A stretch of 64,000 nucleotides of DNA from assembly GCF_055900595.2 (NCBI RefSeq), contig NZ_CM148325.1. The stretch is one strand, 5' to 3'. Of the stretch, positions 1-14,699 are shown piece after piece. The notes below the pieces were generated by a model. That model saw nothing but the letters and a program-made list of their open reading frames with translations. It was not told the DNA's origin and made no database searches. Numbering within the stretch: position 1 is the first letter of the stretch; each line of letters opens with the position of its first letter. A program made the position numbers and the translations under genes.

Positions 1-1814
<1,814 letters not shown>

Positions 1815-1865
1815 TGAGCCGGCGCCTGCACGATATGGTCACACCGACAACAGGCCAGTTTCGGA

Positions 1866-2370
1866 CTTGTGTTTCGATAACCTTAAAGGCGCAGCTGATA
1901 AGCTCCAGCTGCTCTGACACATCACATCCCAGAGAACTGAGTTCACCACCACAGGCAGGACAGCATTCCTCTTCTGGCCGGATAACCCGGGTTTCACGGG
2001 GAAGTGAGGCCGGTAACTGTTTACAGGCTGAAGACTGACGCAGGGCGGCGGATGGCAGTACCGGGTCATATTGCTCACCCAGCGTTTCCGCCATTTCTTC
2101 CTGAAGTGTGCTGATTCTCTCCTGTGCTTCCTGTATCTGTCGTTCGGTTTTTGCGCGAAGTTTTTCTGAGCTTTTACCGAAATGCATACGTTGCAGTTTC
2201 GCAACCAGCGCCTTCAGCCGGTTGATTTCAGAAGCATAAGCCGCCACCCTCTGTGAGAGCAGGCGGTTGTATTCAGCCATCTGGCGGATGGTGTCCTGTT
2301 GCGTCTGCAACAGTGCCCGCAGGCGGGGATTCTCATGAGCAAGTGAGGTGTCCATATACTCGCTTTGCAA
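1866..2370 (-). pseudogene. IS66-family transposase TnpC, N-terminal fragment truncated by the IS100-like element
   Basis: ORF 1792..2370 begins with IS66 TnpC-like leucine-zipper and CxxC region; similarity lost about 168 residues in. Confidence 0.65.
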
Positions 2371-2374
2371 CGGG

Positions 2375-2713
2375 TTATATCCGGATGCCAGGCCGTTCTG
2401 TCCGTTTGGGATGTTGCCACGCGATCCCCTCCAGTAGCATGGATAACTGAGCTGGCGTCAGGTGCACTTTCCCTTCCCGGGTCACCGGCCAGATGAAGCG
2501 GCCCCGTTCCAGGCGTTTGGCGAACAGGCATAACCCATCACGATCGGCCCACAGTATTTTCACCATTTTGCCACTGCGGCCCCGGAAGACGAAGATATGC
2601 CCGGAGAACGGGTCATCCTTCAGGACGTTCTGAACTTTTGAGGACAGGCCGTTAAAGCCTGTCAGCGCCAGTGATATAAGACGGTAATTCACCATTTGGA
2701 TTGTCCGCTCCAC
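2375..2713 (-). CDS. IS66-family TnpB (orf2) accessory protein, N-terminus probably altered by adjacent IS21
   Basis: 112-aa ORF with IS66 orf2-like motifs (ILWADRDGLCLF, HLTPAQLSMLLEGI). Confidence 0.65.
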   Translation of the reverse strand: MERTIQMVNYRLISLALTGFNGLSSKVQNVLKDDPFSGHIFVFRGRSGKMVKILWADRDGLCLFAKRLERGRFIWPVTREGKVHLTPAQLSMLLEGIAWQHPKRTERPGIRI

Positions 2714-2760
2714 CCAACATGTTGTTTCCTTAAGGTTCTCACACCAGAAAGGACATCAAC

Positions 2761-3933
2761 ATGCTGAGCAGAGAGGACTTTTACATGATAAAGCAAATGC
2801 GCCAGCAGGGCGCGTACATTGTCGATATTGTGACTCAGATTGGTTGCTCTGAACGAACGGTCAGACGCTACCTCAAATACCCTGAACCGCCAGCCAGAAG
2901 GACCCGCCACAAAATGGTTAAGCTGAAACCGTTTATGGATTACATCGACATGCGCCTGGCAGAGAATGTCTGGAATAGCGCGGTTATCTTCGCGGAGATT
3001 AAGGCAATGGGCTATACGGGCGGACGTTCCATGCTGCGTTACTACATCCAGCCCAAACGTAAAATGCGTCCGTCAAAAAGAACAGTTCGCTTCGAAACTC
3101 AGCCAGGATACCAGCTCCAGCACGACTGGGGCGAAGTTGAGGTGGAAGTTGCCGGGCAACGGTGCAAAGTTAACTTTGCGGTTAATGCGCTGGGGTTCTC
3201 CCGCCGCTTTCATGTCTTCGCTGCCCCAAAACAGGATGCTGAGAATACCTACGAATCACTGGTTCGCGCCTTCCGCTACTTCGGTGGTTGTGTGAAAACG
3301 GTGCTGGTTGATAACCAGAAGGCTGCGGTGCTGAAGAATAACAACGGGAAAGTCGTGTTCAACTCCGGATTTCTGTTGCTGGCTGACCACTATAACTTCC
3401 TGCCACGGGCATGCCGTCCACGCAGGGCCAGAACAAAAGGTAAGGTTGAGCGGATGGTGAAATACCTCAAGGAGAACTTCTTCGTCCGGTACCGCAGGTT
3501 CGACAGCTTCACTCATGTCAATCAACAACTGGAGCAATGGATAGCCGATGTGGCTGACAAACGGGAGCTTCGTCAGTTCAAAGAAACGCCGGAACAGCGC
3601 TTCGCGCTGGAGCAGGAATATCTGCAGCCGTTACCGGATACGGACTTCGATACCAGTTACTTTGACATCCGCCATGTGTCCTGGGACAGCTATATCGAGG
3701 TTGGTGGTAATCGTTACAGCGTTCCCGAAGCGCTGTGTGGTCAGCCGGTATCGATACGAATATCGCTGGATGACGAGTTGCGGATCTACAGTAATGAGAA
3801 ACTGGTGGCCTCACATCGCCTCTGTTCGGCATCGTCTGGCTGGCAGACAGTGCCGGAGCATCACACCCCGCTCTGGCAGCAGGTCAGTCAGGTGGAACAT
3901 CGACTACTGAGTGCCTATGAGGAGCTGTTGTGA
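2761..3933 (+). CDS. istA: IS21 transposase IstA
   Basis: 390-aa ORF, close match to my recollection of IS21 IstA (MLSREDFYMIKQMRQQG...). Confidence 0.9.
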   Translation: MLSREDFYMIKQMRQQGAYIVDIVTQIGCSERTVRRYLKYPEPPARRTRHKMVKLKPFMDYIDMRLAENVWNSAVIFAEIKAMGYTGGRSMLRYYIQPKRKMRPSKRTVRFETQPGYQLQHDWGEVEVEVAGQRCKVNFAVNALGFSRRFHVFAAPKQDAENTYESLVRAFRYFGGCVKTVLVDNQKAAVLKNNNGKVVFNSGFLLLADHYNFLPRACRPRRARTKGKVERMVKYLKENFFVRYRRFDSFTHVNQQLEQWIADVADKRELRQFKETPEQRFALEQEYLQPLPDTDFDTSYFDIRHVSWDSYIEVGGNRYSVPEALCGQPVSIRISLDDELRIYSNEKLVASHRLCSASSGWQTVPEHHTPLWQQVSQVEHRLLSAYEELL

Positions 3934-4470
3934 TGCATGAGCTGGAAGTCCTGCTGAGTCGCCTGAAAATGGAGCATCTGAGTTATCACGTTGAAAGCCT
4001 GCTGGAACAGGCAGCTAAAAAAGAGCTGAACTACCGGGAGTTCCTGTGCATGGCGCTACAGCAGGAATGGAACGGCAGGCATCAGCGCGGTATGGAGTCC
4101 AGGCTGAAGCAGGCTCGTCTGCCGTGGGTCAAAACGCTGGAGCAGTTCGACTTTACCTTCCAGCCGGGCATCTACCGTAAGGTTGTCCGGGAACTGGCTG
4201 GTCTGGCGTTCGTGGAGCGCAGCGAAAACGTGATCCTGCTGGGACCTCCTGGTGTCGGAAAAACTCATCTGGCCATAGCTCTTGGCGTGAAAGCGGTGGA
4301 TGCGGGACATCGGGTACTGTTTATGCCACTGGACAGACTGATCGCGACACTGATGAAAGCGAAACAGGAAAACCGGCTGGAGCGTCAGCTACAGCAACTG
4401 AGTTATGCCCGGGTGTTGATCCTGGATGAAATAGGCTATCTGCCGATGAACAGAGAGGATGTCGGAAACG
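3930..4470 (+). pseudogene. istB: IS21 IstB, C-terminally truncated; ORF runs on to 4676 in unrelated sequence
   Basis: Walker A GPPGVGKTH present; IstB-like sequence stops after YLPMNRED. Confidence 0.8.
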
Positions 4471-4597
4471 CCTTCATGCGAGGCGTCTCCTCACCGATGC
4501 GCGTGACTCAAGAAGGGCCTGACGGCTTGTCTCGTTACTGTCCTGTCCGGGTTATCTGTCTGGAGATTCAACTCTGTTTCCTCACAGGAGCTCTGTT

Positions 4598-5674
4598 ATG
4601 GCAGGTAAAGTTACGGAAACCGCTGTTGTGGGTGGCGTGGATATACATAAAGATCTGCACGTTGCCGCTGTCGTAGATCAGAACAATAAAGTTCTGGGGC
4701 CCCCGTTTTTCTCCACAACACGGCAAGGTTACCGGCAGATGCTGGCATGGATGGTTTCGTTTGGGGCATTAAAGCGAATTGGTGTTGAGTGTACAGGCAC
4801 CTATGGATCAGGTCTGCTTCGCTATTTACAGAATGCCGGGTTAGAAGTTCTTGAGGTGGCTGTGCCAGATCGGATGGAGCGACGCAAACGGGGTAAAAGT
4901 GACACGATTGATGCTGAATGTGCCGCTCACGCCGCATGCTCCGGAATAAGAACTGTCACACCCAAAACGCGCAATGGTATGATTGAGTCTCTGCGGGTAT
5001 TAAAAACTTGCCGAAAAACAGCAATATCAGCCCGCAGAGTCGCTCTCCAGATTAACCATTCCAATATTATCTCTGCCCCGGATGAATTACGTGAACAGCT
5101 CAGAAATATGACGCGCATGCAGCTCATCAGGACTCTGAGATCCTAGCGGCCTGATGCCAGTGAATAGCTCAATGTTACCAACGTTTATCGTATTTCATTA
5201 AAGTCCCTTGCCCGACGCTATCTCGAGTTACATGACGAAATCGCTGATTTGGATGTTATGATTGCGGCAATTGTGGATGAGCTGGCACCTGCACTGATTA
5301 AACGTAATGCTATTGGATACGAAAGCGCTTCACAGTTGCTGATCACTGCCGGAGACAATCCCCAACGATTAAGATCAGAATCAGGTTTTGCGGCACTGTG
5401 TGGTGTCAGCCCTGTTCCCGTATCTTCAGGAAAAACGAATCGTTATCGACTTAACCGGGGTGGAGATCGTGCTGCAAATAGTGCACTTCACATCATTTCC
5501 ATCGGACGTTTGCGAACTGACGATAAAACGAAGGAATATGTCGCCAGACGAGTAGCGGAAGGGCATACAAAAATGGAAACAATACGCAGCCTGAAGCGCT
5601 ATATCTCACACGAAGTTTATACATTACTGCGTAATCAAAACAGGCAGATCAACAGCACCCCGATAACTGCTTGA
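4598..5674 (+). pseudogene. IS110-family transposase split by a frameshift between 5146 and 5168
   Basis: ORFs 4598..5146 and 5168/5249..5674 together form an IS110-type transposase (N-terminal DEDD-like region, C-terminal GDRAANSALH region); reading frame changes between them. Confidence 0.7.
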
Positions 5675-5681
5675 CTCTTAG

Positions 5682-5888
<207 letters not shown>

Positions 5889-6538
5889 ACTGAATTTACT
5901 TTGAAAAAATGTAAAAACATTTAAATCATAGCCAGAAGCCGCGATTATTCAGTGCTTCTCATTTTATATTTTCTGCAAATTTATATGTGGTATAAAATAA
6001 CACCCTTGTCATTCAGGTATAAAATATCATCATCGTACAGTAAAGGATATATAAATATAAAATTATACTATTCAAAATATGGTGCATTCTTATTCATGAT
6101 AGGAATACTTAGAACATCATTTTTTCATTGTAGACCATGATTTCGGATTTGAAAAGTTCCTTCCCCAGTAATCTCTAGTTTTTATTCTCAATTCAACCCA
6201 ACTCTTCCCTATACAAACTAAAAAACATTGTTCTATTGATAGATACTTCTCAGTAATCAGATAAAAAACTATAATATTGCTGTGCATGATGTACATATTT
6301 AAAATGTCATGAGTACATCCCTTTTATTTGAAAAACAAACTAAAAGAAATCACTTAAATAAAATGTTTTTATATCGTGGTATTTAAGAAAACTTATATCA
6401 AAAAATAAGATATTGACCTTTATTTAAAATTAGATTAGATTGCAAAGATAAGAATACGTGTGATTATTTCTTTAAACACCTGTAAAAATTTATTAGAGCA
6501 TAGTTATATTATTGAACATTGTATTGCTTAGGTAAGGT

Positions 6539-7798
6539 ATGCTGGTATCTAACTATAATTATGTAATCAGCCGTCGTCGTTTACTGCAAGGTGCGGGCGC
6601 CATGTGGCTATTGAGCGTAAGTCAGGTCAGCCTGGCTGCGGTCAGCCAGGTCGTGGCGGTACGCGTCTGGCCTGCGTCCAGCTACACCCGCGTGACGGTA
6701 GAATCAAATCGTCAGCTGCAATATAAGCAGTTCGCGTTAAGTAACCCTGAACGTGTGGTGGTGGATATCGAAGATGTAAACCTGAACTCGGTACTCAAGG
6801 GGATGGCGGCACAAATTCGTGCAGACGACCCGTTCATCAAGTCGGCGCGCGTCGGGCAATTTGACCCGCAAACCGTACGCATGGTTTTTGAATTAAAGCA
6901 AAACGTAAAACCGCAGCTGTTTGCCCTTGCGCCGGTCGCCGGGTTTAAAGAGCGTCTGGTGATGGACCTCTATCCGGCCAATGCACAGGATATGCAGGAC
7001 CCGCTGCTGGCGCTGCTGGAGGATTACAACAAAGGCGACCTCGAAAAGCAGGTGCCGCCAGCACAAAGTGGTCCACAACCGGGTAAAGCAGGGCGTGATC
7101 GTCCGATTGTCATTATGCTTGACCCCGGCCACGGTGGCGAAGACCCCGGTGCGGTGGGGAAATACAAAACACGCGAAAAAGACGTGGTATTGCAAATAGC
7201 TCGCCGTCTGCGCTCTCTGATCGAAAAAGAGGGTAATATGAAGGTGTACATGACGCGCAATGAAGACATCTTCATTCCGTTGCAAGTGCGTGTAGCAAAA
7301 GCACAGAAACAACGTGCTGACCTTTTTGTTTCTATCCATGCTGATGCCTTTACCAGTCGCCAGCCGAGCGGTTCTTCCGTGTTTGCGCTTTCGACCAAAG
7401 GCGCGACAAGTACTGCGGCAAAATATCTGGCACAAACCCAGAACGCCTCGGACTTGATTGGCGGCGTGAGCAAAAGCGGTGACCGCTATGTCGACCACAC
7501 CATGTTCGATATGGTGCAGTCTCTGACCATTGCCGACAGCCTGAAGTTGGGTAAAGCGGTGCTGAATAAGCTCGGTAAAATCAACAAGCTGCATAAAAAT
7601 CAGGTTGAACAGGCCGGGTTTGCCGTGCTGAAAGCACCTGATATTCCCTCCATTCTGGTCGAAACGGCGTTTATCAGTAACGTTGAGGAAGAGCGCAAAC
7701 TGAAAACGGCAAGATTCCAACAACAAGTGGCAGAATCTATCCTAGAGGGAATTAAAGAGTATTTTTCGGATATAGACGCGTTAGCGAGAAAAGCATAA
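6539..7798 (+). CDS. amiC: N-acetylmuramoyl-L-alanine amidase AmiC-like, Tat signal; first residues differ from the AmiC N-terminus I recall
   Basis: 419-aa ORF with twin-arginine motif [19 protein letters not shown] and amidase_3 regions; preceded by 650 bp of AT-rich DNA without ORFs. Confidence 0.85.
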   Translation: MLVSNYNYVISRRRLLQGAGAMWLLSVSQVSLAAVSQVVAVRVWPASSYTRVTVESNRQLQYKQFALSNPERVVVDIEDVNLNSVLKGMAAQIRADDPFIKSARVGQFDPQTVRMVFELKQNVKPQLFALAPVAGFKERLVMDLYPANAQDMQDPLLALLEDYNKGDLEKQVPPAQSGPQPGKAGRDRPIVIMLDPGHGGEDPGAVGKYKTREKDVVLQIARRLRSLIEKEGNMKVYMTRNEDIFIPLQVRVAKAQKQRADLFVSIHADAFTSRQPSGSSVFALSTKGATSTAAKYLAQTQNASDLIGGVSKSGDRYVDHTMFDMVQSLTIADSLKLGKAVLNKLGKINKLHKNQVEQAGFAVLKAPDIPSILVETAFISNVEEERKLKTARFQQQVAESILEGIKEYFSDIDALARKA

Positions 7799-7979
7799 TT
7801 TAAAAATGTTTAATATTCTATGTTCTCGGTCATATTTTATTAATTTGGATGAATATATGCTGTTAGTGCTGTATTCTCCGTTTGGATACACCTTTACCTT
7901 AGCGATATAGTTGTGTTATTCATATATAAATATGCCCCGTTTTAATTCCATGCATTTTTATATCTTGGTCAAATAATGG

Positions 7980-8600
7980 TGTCGTCGATATTCTTCCAGC
8001 GTCTTATTGTTCAGTGATTCATGTGTGCGTTCATAGCTATATTCTGATAACCATTTCTCCGTAATTTCTAGAACTTCATTCAGCGTTCTGAACAGATAAA
8101 AATCGAGTATTTCTGTACGGTGTGTCCTGTTAAAACGCCCAATAAAAGCGTTCTACGTCAGCTTACCCGGCTGGATAAACTCCCGTTTTACTGCGTGTAT
8201 ATCAGCCCATTCAGCCAGCGTTAGAGAGATAAATTCCGAACCATTATCTATGCGCAGCATGACCGGATAACTGCGATTTGCCGCGAACCTGCTGCCTCAG
8301 AACCTGAAAAAGTTTTGAAAAACCGTATCGAGGATATCGCTCGTCCACTGCCTGCACCACCACAATAACGGGGTCGTACCACGTGGTATCCGGACGGTAA
8401 TGGGAAACCGTTCTGCTCTGGTTCAGACTCCGGCAGGCCTGATGGACACTGAGTCCAAATGTCGTTATCTGATGAGTAACAAGCTCACGCTTACAGGCTG
8501 GTTTTAAAGCTTTTTTCGATAATGTCTTTCAATGCCGGTTCTCTAGGCTAAGGTCGGCAAGCATCTGTTTTGGACGTCGGTTCTCGTCCTCAAGATCCTC
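7980..8600 (-). pseudogene. IS3-family OrfB remnant, heavily decayed
   Basis: minus-strand translation shows scattered integrase-core-like stretches broken by many stops. Confidence 0.35.
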
Positions 8601-8720
8601 GTTCTTTTTAATATCAGGTGACTCTATGCATCGTATCTGGGCTTCCAGTTCATGGAATGGAGTACCCCCTCCTTTTGCGGTTAACTGTACGAAATGCACT
8701 CACTCAGCAGGGGAATCACA

Positions 8721-9240
8721 ATGAATATCGTATTCCTGGGTATTGATCTGGATAAAAATATCTTTCAGCTCTGCGGGTTAAATTAGGTCGGTAATCCGGT
8801 TTATTCAAAACGTATTGGCCGAAAAGAATTACTCCAAATAGTGGCGAATATTCCGGCCTTCCTAATTGATGTAGGGCATCCACATGGGAATTTTACTGGC
8901 AGAGTGAATTTAAAAAACTGGGGCATAACGTAAAGGTCCTCAACCCACAGTATGTAACTCCCTTTGTCTGTGGGCAAAAAATGACGGTAATGATGCACAG
9001 GCCATCGCAGTGCTTCTGATGTAACCGACAATGCTGTTCATGCCTCCAAAAAGCTCGGAACAACAGGATATCTACGCTTTGCACCGGGCAAGGCAGCATA
9101 TTGTTAATGTGACCGTTTGTCAAATCAGGGGACTGTTGCTTGATTGGGGAATAACTATCGGCGCGGTAGTTTCAAGAGATCGTCGTGCTATGTCAACGCC
9201 AAGATTATTGGCCGTTTTGGGGATGCGGACGATTTCCTGG
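8721..9240 (+). pseudogene. IS110-family transposase N-terminal remnant with stops
   Basis: MNIVFLGIDLDKN..., NDGNDAQAIA motif, QIRGLLLDWGI region; interrupted by in-frame stops. Confidence 0.5.
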
Positions 9241-9249
9241 ACTTCTTTA

Positions 9250-10154
9250 TTATTCCAGCCTACATTGTTGGCGGTACATTTCAGGGCTGTCTTCACCCAG
9301 CGATAATTTTATACGCCGCTCGTTATACCCTCTGATGTAAGCATCCACATGCTGCATGAACTTTTCCGGCATGATGCCCGACCATTTACGCCCATAATAC
9401 ATTTCCGTTTTCAGTCTGCCGAAAAAGCCTTCGCATGCGGCATCATCCTTACGGGACATTGAGTGAATAAGACCTGCGGCATTAACTCTTTCCAGCCAGC
9501 CTGGCCAGCGATAATGCCCACCTCTGCCACTGTGTATCATCGGTCGTTCGCCAGCATTTAACGTTTTGACAGCGTTATCCAGCATAGCGTTAACCAGTTC
9601 TGCGTCGGGGCGTGTACTGAGAGACCAGCTCACAACTTTTCCATCGAAGCAGTCCACCACCTGTGACAGCCAGACTTTTCCTGCAGGAAGCTGGAACTCC
9701 GTTATATCTGTCAGCCATTTCTGATTAGGTTGATCCTCCTTAAAATCTCTGGCGATAAGGTTATCCGGATCCGGTCCGATTTCTCCGCAATATGAGCTGT
9801 AGCGGCGACGACGGTTACGGCTGACGACAAGCTGTTCCTTCACCATAAGTCTGCTTACAACCTTTTCTGATAGCTGACCCCCTCATGCCTGAGCATCGCA
9901 TGCAGGCGACGATAGCCATAACACTGGTAATTACTGTTAACTATATCTGTCAGCATCGTACGTATCGTGGCGTATTTATCACCGGCTTTCAGTGCAGCCC
10001 GGTGATAAAAATAACTGCTACGGGCAAGCCCCAGAACATGCAGTAATTCTGTCAGGGGATATGTTTGTCTCAGGGCATCAGCGATATTTGTTTTTTCTCT
10101 GTTGTTTAGGTGACTGATACTGATGCCCGGGTCTAATGAGATGGTCACCCCCAC
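9250..10154 (-). pseudogene. IS3-family OrfB transposase split into two ORFs (9250..9846 and 9855..10154)
   Basis: DDE integrase core (WLTDITEF, HSGRGGHY, KDDAACEGFF); stop between the N- and C-terminal parts. Confidence 0.65.
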
Positions 10155-10199
10155 CCTGTGAGCGGTACGCTGACAGGGTGGGTTATTTTAGAGGGCACC

Positions 10200-11190
10200 A
10201 TCATGTAAAACGTTGCGCTTATTGGTATCGATCTCGGTAAACATTCTTTCCATATTCATTGTCAAGATAAATCTGGCAATGCGCTTTTGCGTAAAAAGTT
10301 TACGCGTACGAAGCTGATGCAGTTTCTGGCAACATGTCCATCCTCAGTAGTTGTTATGGAAGCCTGCGCTGGTACGCATTTTATGGCCCGGCGTATCAGC
10401 GACATCGGTCATGAAGAAAAACTTATCTCTCCGTAATTCGTGCGTCCGTTTGTCAAAGGTATAAGAATGATTTTATTGATGCAGAAGCCATATGCAAAGC
10501 GGCTTCACGACCATCAATGCGTTTTGTCCAGCCCAGAACAGAAACCCAGCAGGCAATGAGGGCATTACATCGGGTCAGAGAATCGCTCATCAGAGATAAG
10601 GTGAAAAAAAACAACCAGATCCACGGTTTCTTGCTGGAATTTGGAATCAGACTGCCGACAGGGGATGCCGCAATAAAATGGTTATCTCTGGCGTTAGCTG
10701 AACACGAAATACCTGAATATCTGAGTCGCTTGCTGATGAAATTACATGCTCACTATCTTTATCGTATTGAGCAAATAACAGAACTGGAATCAGAGTTAAA
10801 CCAGTCAATCAAAGCTGACGCTACTGTGCAACGAATCATGACAATCCCCGGTGTTGGGCCGATGACGGCCAGCCTGCTATCATCCCAGCTTGGTGATGGT
10901 AAACAATTTTCGTGCAGTAGGGATTTTGCAGCATCCACAGGACTTGTTCCCCGACAATACAGTACCGGTGGTAAATCAATGCTGCTGGGGATCAGCAAAC
11001 GAGTCGGTTACTTGTTCTGTACGCCCGCTCGTTCATGATGCGGCTGGAGCATCAATAGGGCAGAGTTGCTGAATGGGTTCAAAAGCAACTCGACAATAAG
11101 CATTCAAATATTGTCGCCTGCGCTCTGGCAAATAAACTGGCCCGAATAGCCTGGGCAATCACTGCTCTGCACAAAGAATATCAGGCCTGA
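10200..11190 (+). pseudogene. IS110-family transposase with multiple frameshifts/stops
   Basis: N-terminal IGIDLGKHSF, central IPGVGPMTASLL, C-terminal KLARIAWAI motifs found in different frames. Confidence 0.6.
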
Positions 11191-11440
11191 TATAGATACT
11201 GACAAAACTCAATTAGCTTATTTTAAAAAATAAGATACAAGTTACCTGTCTGGTTTTGCGAAGACTGATTATTGATGACATGAACGGCAAATAGACCTGA
11301 TTAAAAACCTGACAGAAAAAATGGCTCACTGAAGCCGAGGGTCTTTTTAGGATTATCAGGTGCGGAACTCATCGAGGCGCGGGTCTCCTTGTCCACAGAG
11401 ACGCCGGATAGATTTAAGCAAGCCCACCATTAATCAAAAA

Positions 11441-12057
11441 TCAGTGTAGCAAAAACGGGGGTGACCATAGATTTTTTATGATTTTCTCCGCTTTTTTCAG
11501 AATATCCAGTTCCATCTGCCGGCGGCGTATTTCCTGATTCAGTCGGGCGACTTCCTCCCGCAACGCATCGCGTTCTGCCTCCAGGGAAGGTTCGTTATGT
11601 TTACGCATAGTCTGGTAAGCACTGTTGCCGATAATTTCATCTTTCCATTTATACAATACCGCACGACTGACACCAATACGCCTAGAGATTTCACTGGCTG
11701 ATATTTGTCGTGTACAGAATGCCATGACAGCCTGACGTTTGACTTCTGGTTCAAAGGGCGCAACCGGACTGGTCTTACTGGTAAATATACGTCGTCTGCC
11801 GGGGTAACGTTCATTAACCCAGCGAGCGAGCACATCGGTACAGGGATAACCCAGAGTTCTACTGGTAAACGCTAGGCAGCAGCCGTGGTTAAGATAATGT
11901 TCAACGGCAACTTGTTTTTGCTCATCTGTGTAACGGGGCTTATGGCGAATGGATTCTTTTGCTCCGCCACCTGATTCCTATGAACGGATCCAACGCCGCA
12001 GATTTCTTTTCGAAGGGTAGCCCAGTTCGCGTACGACGGGAGCCAGCTTCTTACCAT
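11441..12057 (-). pseudogene. HTH transposase (OrfA-type) fragment, IS3-like
   Basis: HTH region ISASEISRRIGVSRAVLYKWK followed by coiled-coil ending ILKKAEKI; upstream part in a different frame. Confidence 0.4.
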
Positions 12058-12059
12058 TG

Positions 12060-13300
12060 ACTAGTCTTGGTATAAGTTGACACTTTTCTGTCTGTAAAAC
12101 GCCTGATGAACGTCATAGGGCGTTTTGTATTTCAGAGCCAGGTGTGGCCGCTCATGGTTATAAATTGCCACGGACTCTTGGACCATTTCCCGGGCCTGAG
12201 CCAGGTCTGCAGGACGCGAGAGTAAAAACTCATTTTTCAGGGTACCATTTATTCACTCAGCCAATGCTGGTAGCAGTCATAACCATCAGTCATTGAACAG
12301 GTTATTTCATTTCTTTCATGAACTGACTGATAGAGCGCTGAACAGTATTGCAGCCCCTGCCAGAATGATGCACCAGGGGACTCGTCGTTTTTCTCAGCTT
12401 CAGCACCTGTCTGAACGCTTTTACCACATTTTCTGTCTGCAGGTTTTCCCCAACATGGTAGCCCATAATTTTTCTGGAGCAGGCATCGGTGACCAGACTC
12501 AGATAGGCCGAACTATTGCGCAGTGGAAGGTAAGTAATATCGGCGACCCGGACCTGTTCTGGTTCAAGAGCAGTAACCTGTTCAGGGCCTGGTTTAAGCA
12601 GGTTTGGATGTCGGTAGAAGCGATGATGGCTGTTGGTAGTTTTGTGATATGACCGTTTTACTGGCACCAGGAGTCGGTATTCATCGGGCAGGTTAAACAG
12701 GCGGTCTCGCCCGATATTCAGCCTTTTATCGGCCTGAGTGTTCAGCAGATAGTGCAGCTTACGCGCACCGATTCGGGGCTGACGACATCTGACACGGGCA
12801 ACAAAATCAAGAACCTGAGCATGATGTTCCTGCCGTTTTCTGCGCCTTGCATTGTCCTGATACCATGCCTGTCTGCTGTGTCCCAGGAACAGACTGCACG
12901 CGTCACAGTTATTTTGGGGACCGGACTTTGCGCGAGGACTTGCCGGGCCGCTTTTTACGATACTCACCCCGTAATCATTTTTCAGGACATTGATAACTGA
13001 CTCAAAAAACGTAGCTTTCTGGTTCGCCAGCTCAAGCTACGTTTCAAGTTCCCTGATTCTTTGCTCGGGTGTGAGCGGGATAGTTGTCTGAGTCACAGGC
13101 AGTTTCCTCTTCACCAGCTCAGGAAGTCCAGGATATTTACGTAACCAGACAAGAACGGTGGAGCGCCCCTGAATGCCATACCGCTGCTGGGCCTGTTTAT
13201 AAGTCATCTCGCCTTTTTCAACCTGCTCAACAACAGCTATTTTAAAGGATAGAGGATAATCACGTTGGGTGCGTTTGAGCTAAGTCATCATTACGTTCTC
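12060..13300 (-). pseudogene. IS3-family element, orfA plus frameshifted orfB
   Basis: ORF 12302..12967 carries DITYLP and rve core; C-terminal tail (YNHERPHLAL) continues in another frame below 12302; OrfA-like HTH upstream. Confidence 0.6.
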
Positions 13301-13532
13301 CGGATTTAAGTAGGAACGTGTCAACGCTATTCAGGACGGGTCACATATTTGAAATAAAGCTCAATGGCGCGGATTTTTTCTTCTTCAGTAAACATGTTTC
13401 ATCTCCTGAGAGTCCAGGAAATCGTCCGCATCCCCATTACTGTCTTATATCATTGGCGCTGACAGCTATTCTGCTGAGCCTTGAGGATGCATAAACGGGT
13501 TAAGAGCTTGTATGTGCAGAACGATAGCGGAA

Positions 13533-13535
13533 CTA
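13533..13535. repeat. left copy of TA target duplication within CTAG, flanking IS630
   Basis: c-TA immediately before the element; matching TA-g at 14689-14691. Confidence 0.75.
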
Positions 13536-14688
13536 AATAGCTGCGCGGAATAGTAGATCACTTTGAGGGAGCTCAGCCTGGATTGTGCGATCTGATCAAT
13601 CGCCAAATCAAAACAAATCACCAACCGGACTGAGCAATGCCGATCATAGCACCAATTTCCCGTGACGAACGACGCCTGATGCAGAAAGCCATCCATAAAA
13701 CACACGATAAAAATTATGCCCGCAGACTGACTGCCATGCTGATGCTGCACCGGGGCGACCGTGTCAGCGACGTTGCCAGAACGCTCTGCTGCGCCCGTTC
13801 CTCTGTTGGATGTTGGATTAACTGGTTCACGCAGTCGGGTGTTGAGGGACTGAAATCATTACCTGCCGGGCGAGCCCGTCTCTGGTCGTTTGAGCATATC
13901 TGCACACTGTTACGTGAGCTGGTAAAACATTCTCCCGGCGACTTTGGCTACCAGCGTTCACGCTGGAGTACAGAACTGCTGGCAATAAAAATCAATGAGA
14001 TAACCGATTGCCAGTTAAATGCCGGAACCGTTCGCCGCTGGTTGCCGTCTGCGGGGATTGTGTGGCGAAGGGCTGCGCCAACTCTGCGTATCCGTGACCC
14101 GCATAAAGATGAAAAGATGGCAGCAATCCATAAAGCACTGGACGAATGCAGCACAGAGCATCCGGTCTTTTATGAAGATGAAGTGGATATCCATCTTAAT
14201 CCCAAAATCGGTGCGGACTGGCAACTGCGCGGACAGCAAAAACGGGTGGTCACGCCGGGACAGAATGAAAAATATGATCTGGCCGGAGCGCTGCACAGCG
14301 GGACAGGTAAAGTCAGCTATGTGGGCGGCAACAGCAAAAGTTCGGCGCTGTTCATCAGCCTGCTGAAGCGGCTTAAAGCGACATACCTTCGGGTGAAAAC
14401 CATCACACTGATCGTGGACAACTACATTATCCACAAAAGCCGGGAAACACAGCGCTGGTTGAAGGAGAACCCGAAGTTCAGGGTCATTTATCAGCCGGTT
14501 TACTTGCCATGGGTGAATCATGTTGAACGGCTATGGCAGGCACTTCACGACACAATAACGCGTAATCATCAGTGCCGCTCAATGTGGCAACTGTTGAAAA
14601 AAATTCGCCATTTTATGGAAACCATCAGCCCGTTCCCCGGAGGCAAACATGGGCTGGCAAAAGTGTAGTGGTATTAGGCGCAGCTATT
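13536..14688 (+). mobile_element. IS630, complete
   Basis: exactly 1153 bp between terminal inverted repeats AATAGCTGCGC; flanked by TA inside a reconstituted CTAG target. Confidence 0.9.
13637..14668 (+). CDS. IS630 transposase
   Basis: 343-aa ORF matching my recollection of IS630 transposase (MPIIAPISRDERRLMQKAIHKTHD...). Confidence 0.92.
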   Translation: MPIIAPISRDERRLMQKAIHKTHDKNYARRLTAMLMLHRGDRVSDVARTLCCARSSVGCWINWFTQSGVEGLKSLPAGRARLWSFEHICTLLRELVKHSPGDFGYQRSRWSTELLAIKINEITDCQLNAGTVRRWLPSAGIVWRRAAPTLRIRDPHKDEKMAAIHKALDECSTEHPVFYEDEVDIHLNPKIGADWQLRGQQKRVVTPGQNEKYDLAGALHSGTGKVSYVGGNSKSSALFISLLKRLKATYLRVKTITLIVDNYIIHKSRETQRWLKENPKFRVIYQPVYLPWVNHVERLWQALHDTITRNHQCRSMWQLLKKIRHFMETISPFPGGKHGLAKV

Positions 14689-14699
14689 TAGATGATCTC

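Larger units (their letters stand above)
2700..4470 (+). mobile_element. IS21 element, partial; right part replaced by IS110-family insertion
   Basis: istA/istB pair with TGA/ATG overlap at 3931-3935; IstB similarity ends near 4465. Confidence 0.7.

Noticed and set aside
5950-6540. ORF 5952..6140 and other short ORFs in the AT-rich stretch upstream of amiC
   Set aside because: Extremely AT-rich, low-complexity translation (Ile/Tyr/Lys runs), no RBS; more likely non-coding promoter DNA.
6893-7726. 277-aa ORF antisense to amiC, plus 7024..7473
   Set aside because: Lies entirely within and opposite to a well-supported amidase gene; low-complexity Arg/His-rich translation typical of antisense artefacts.
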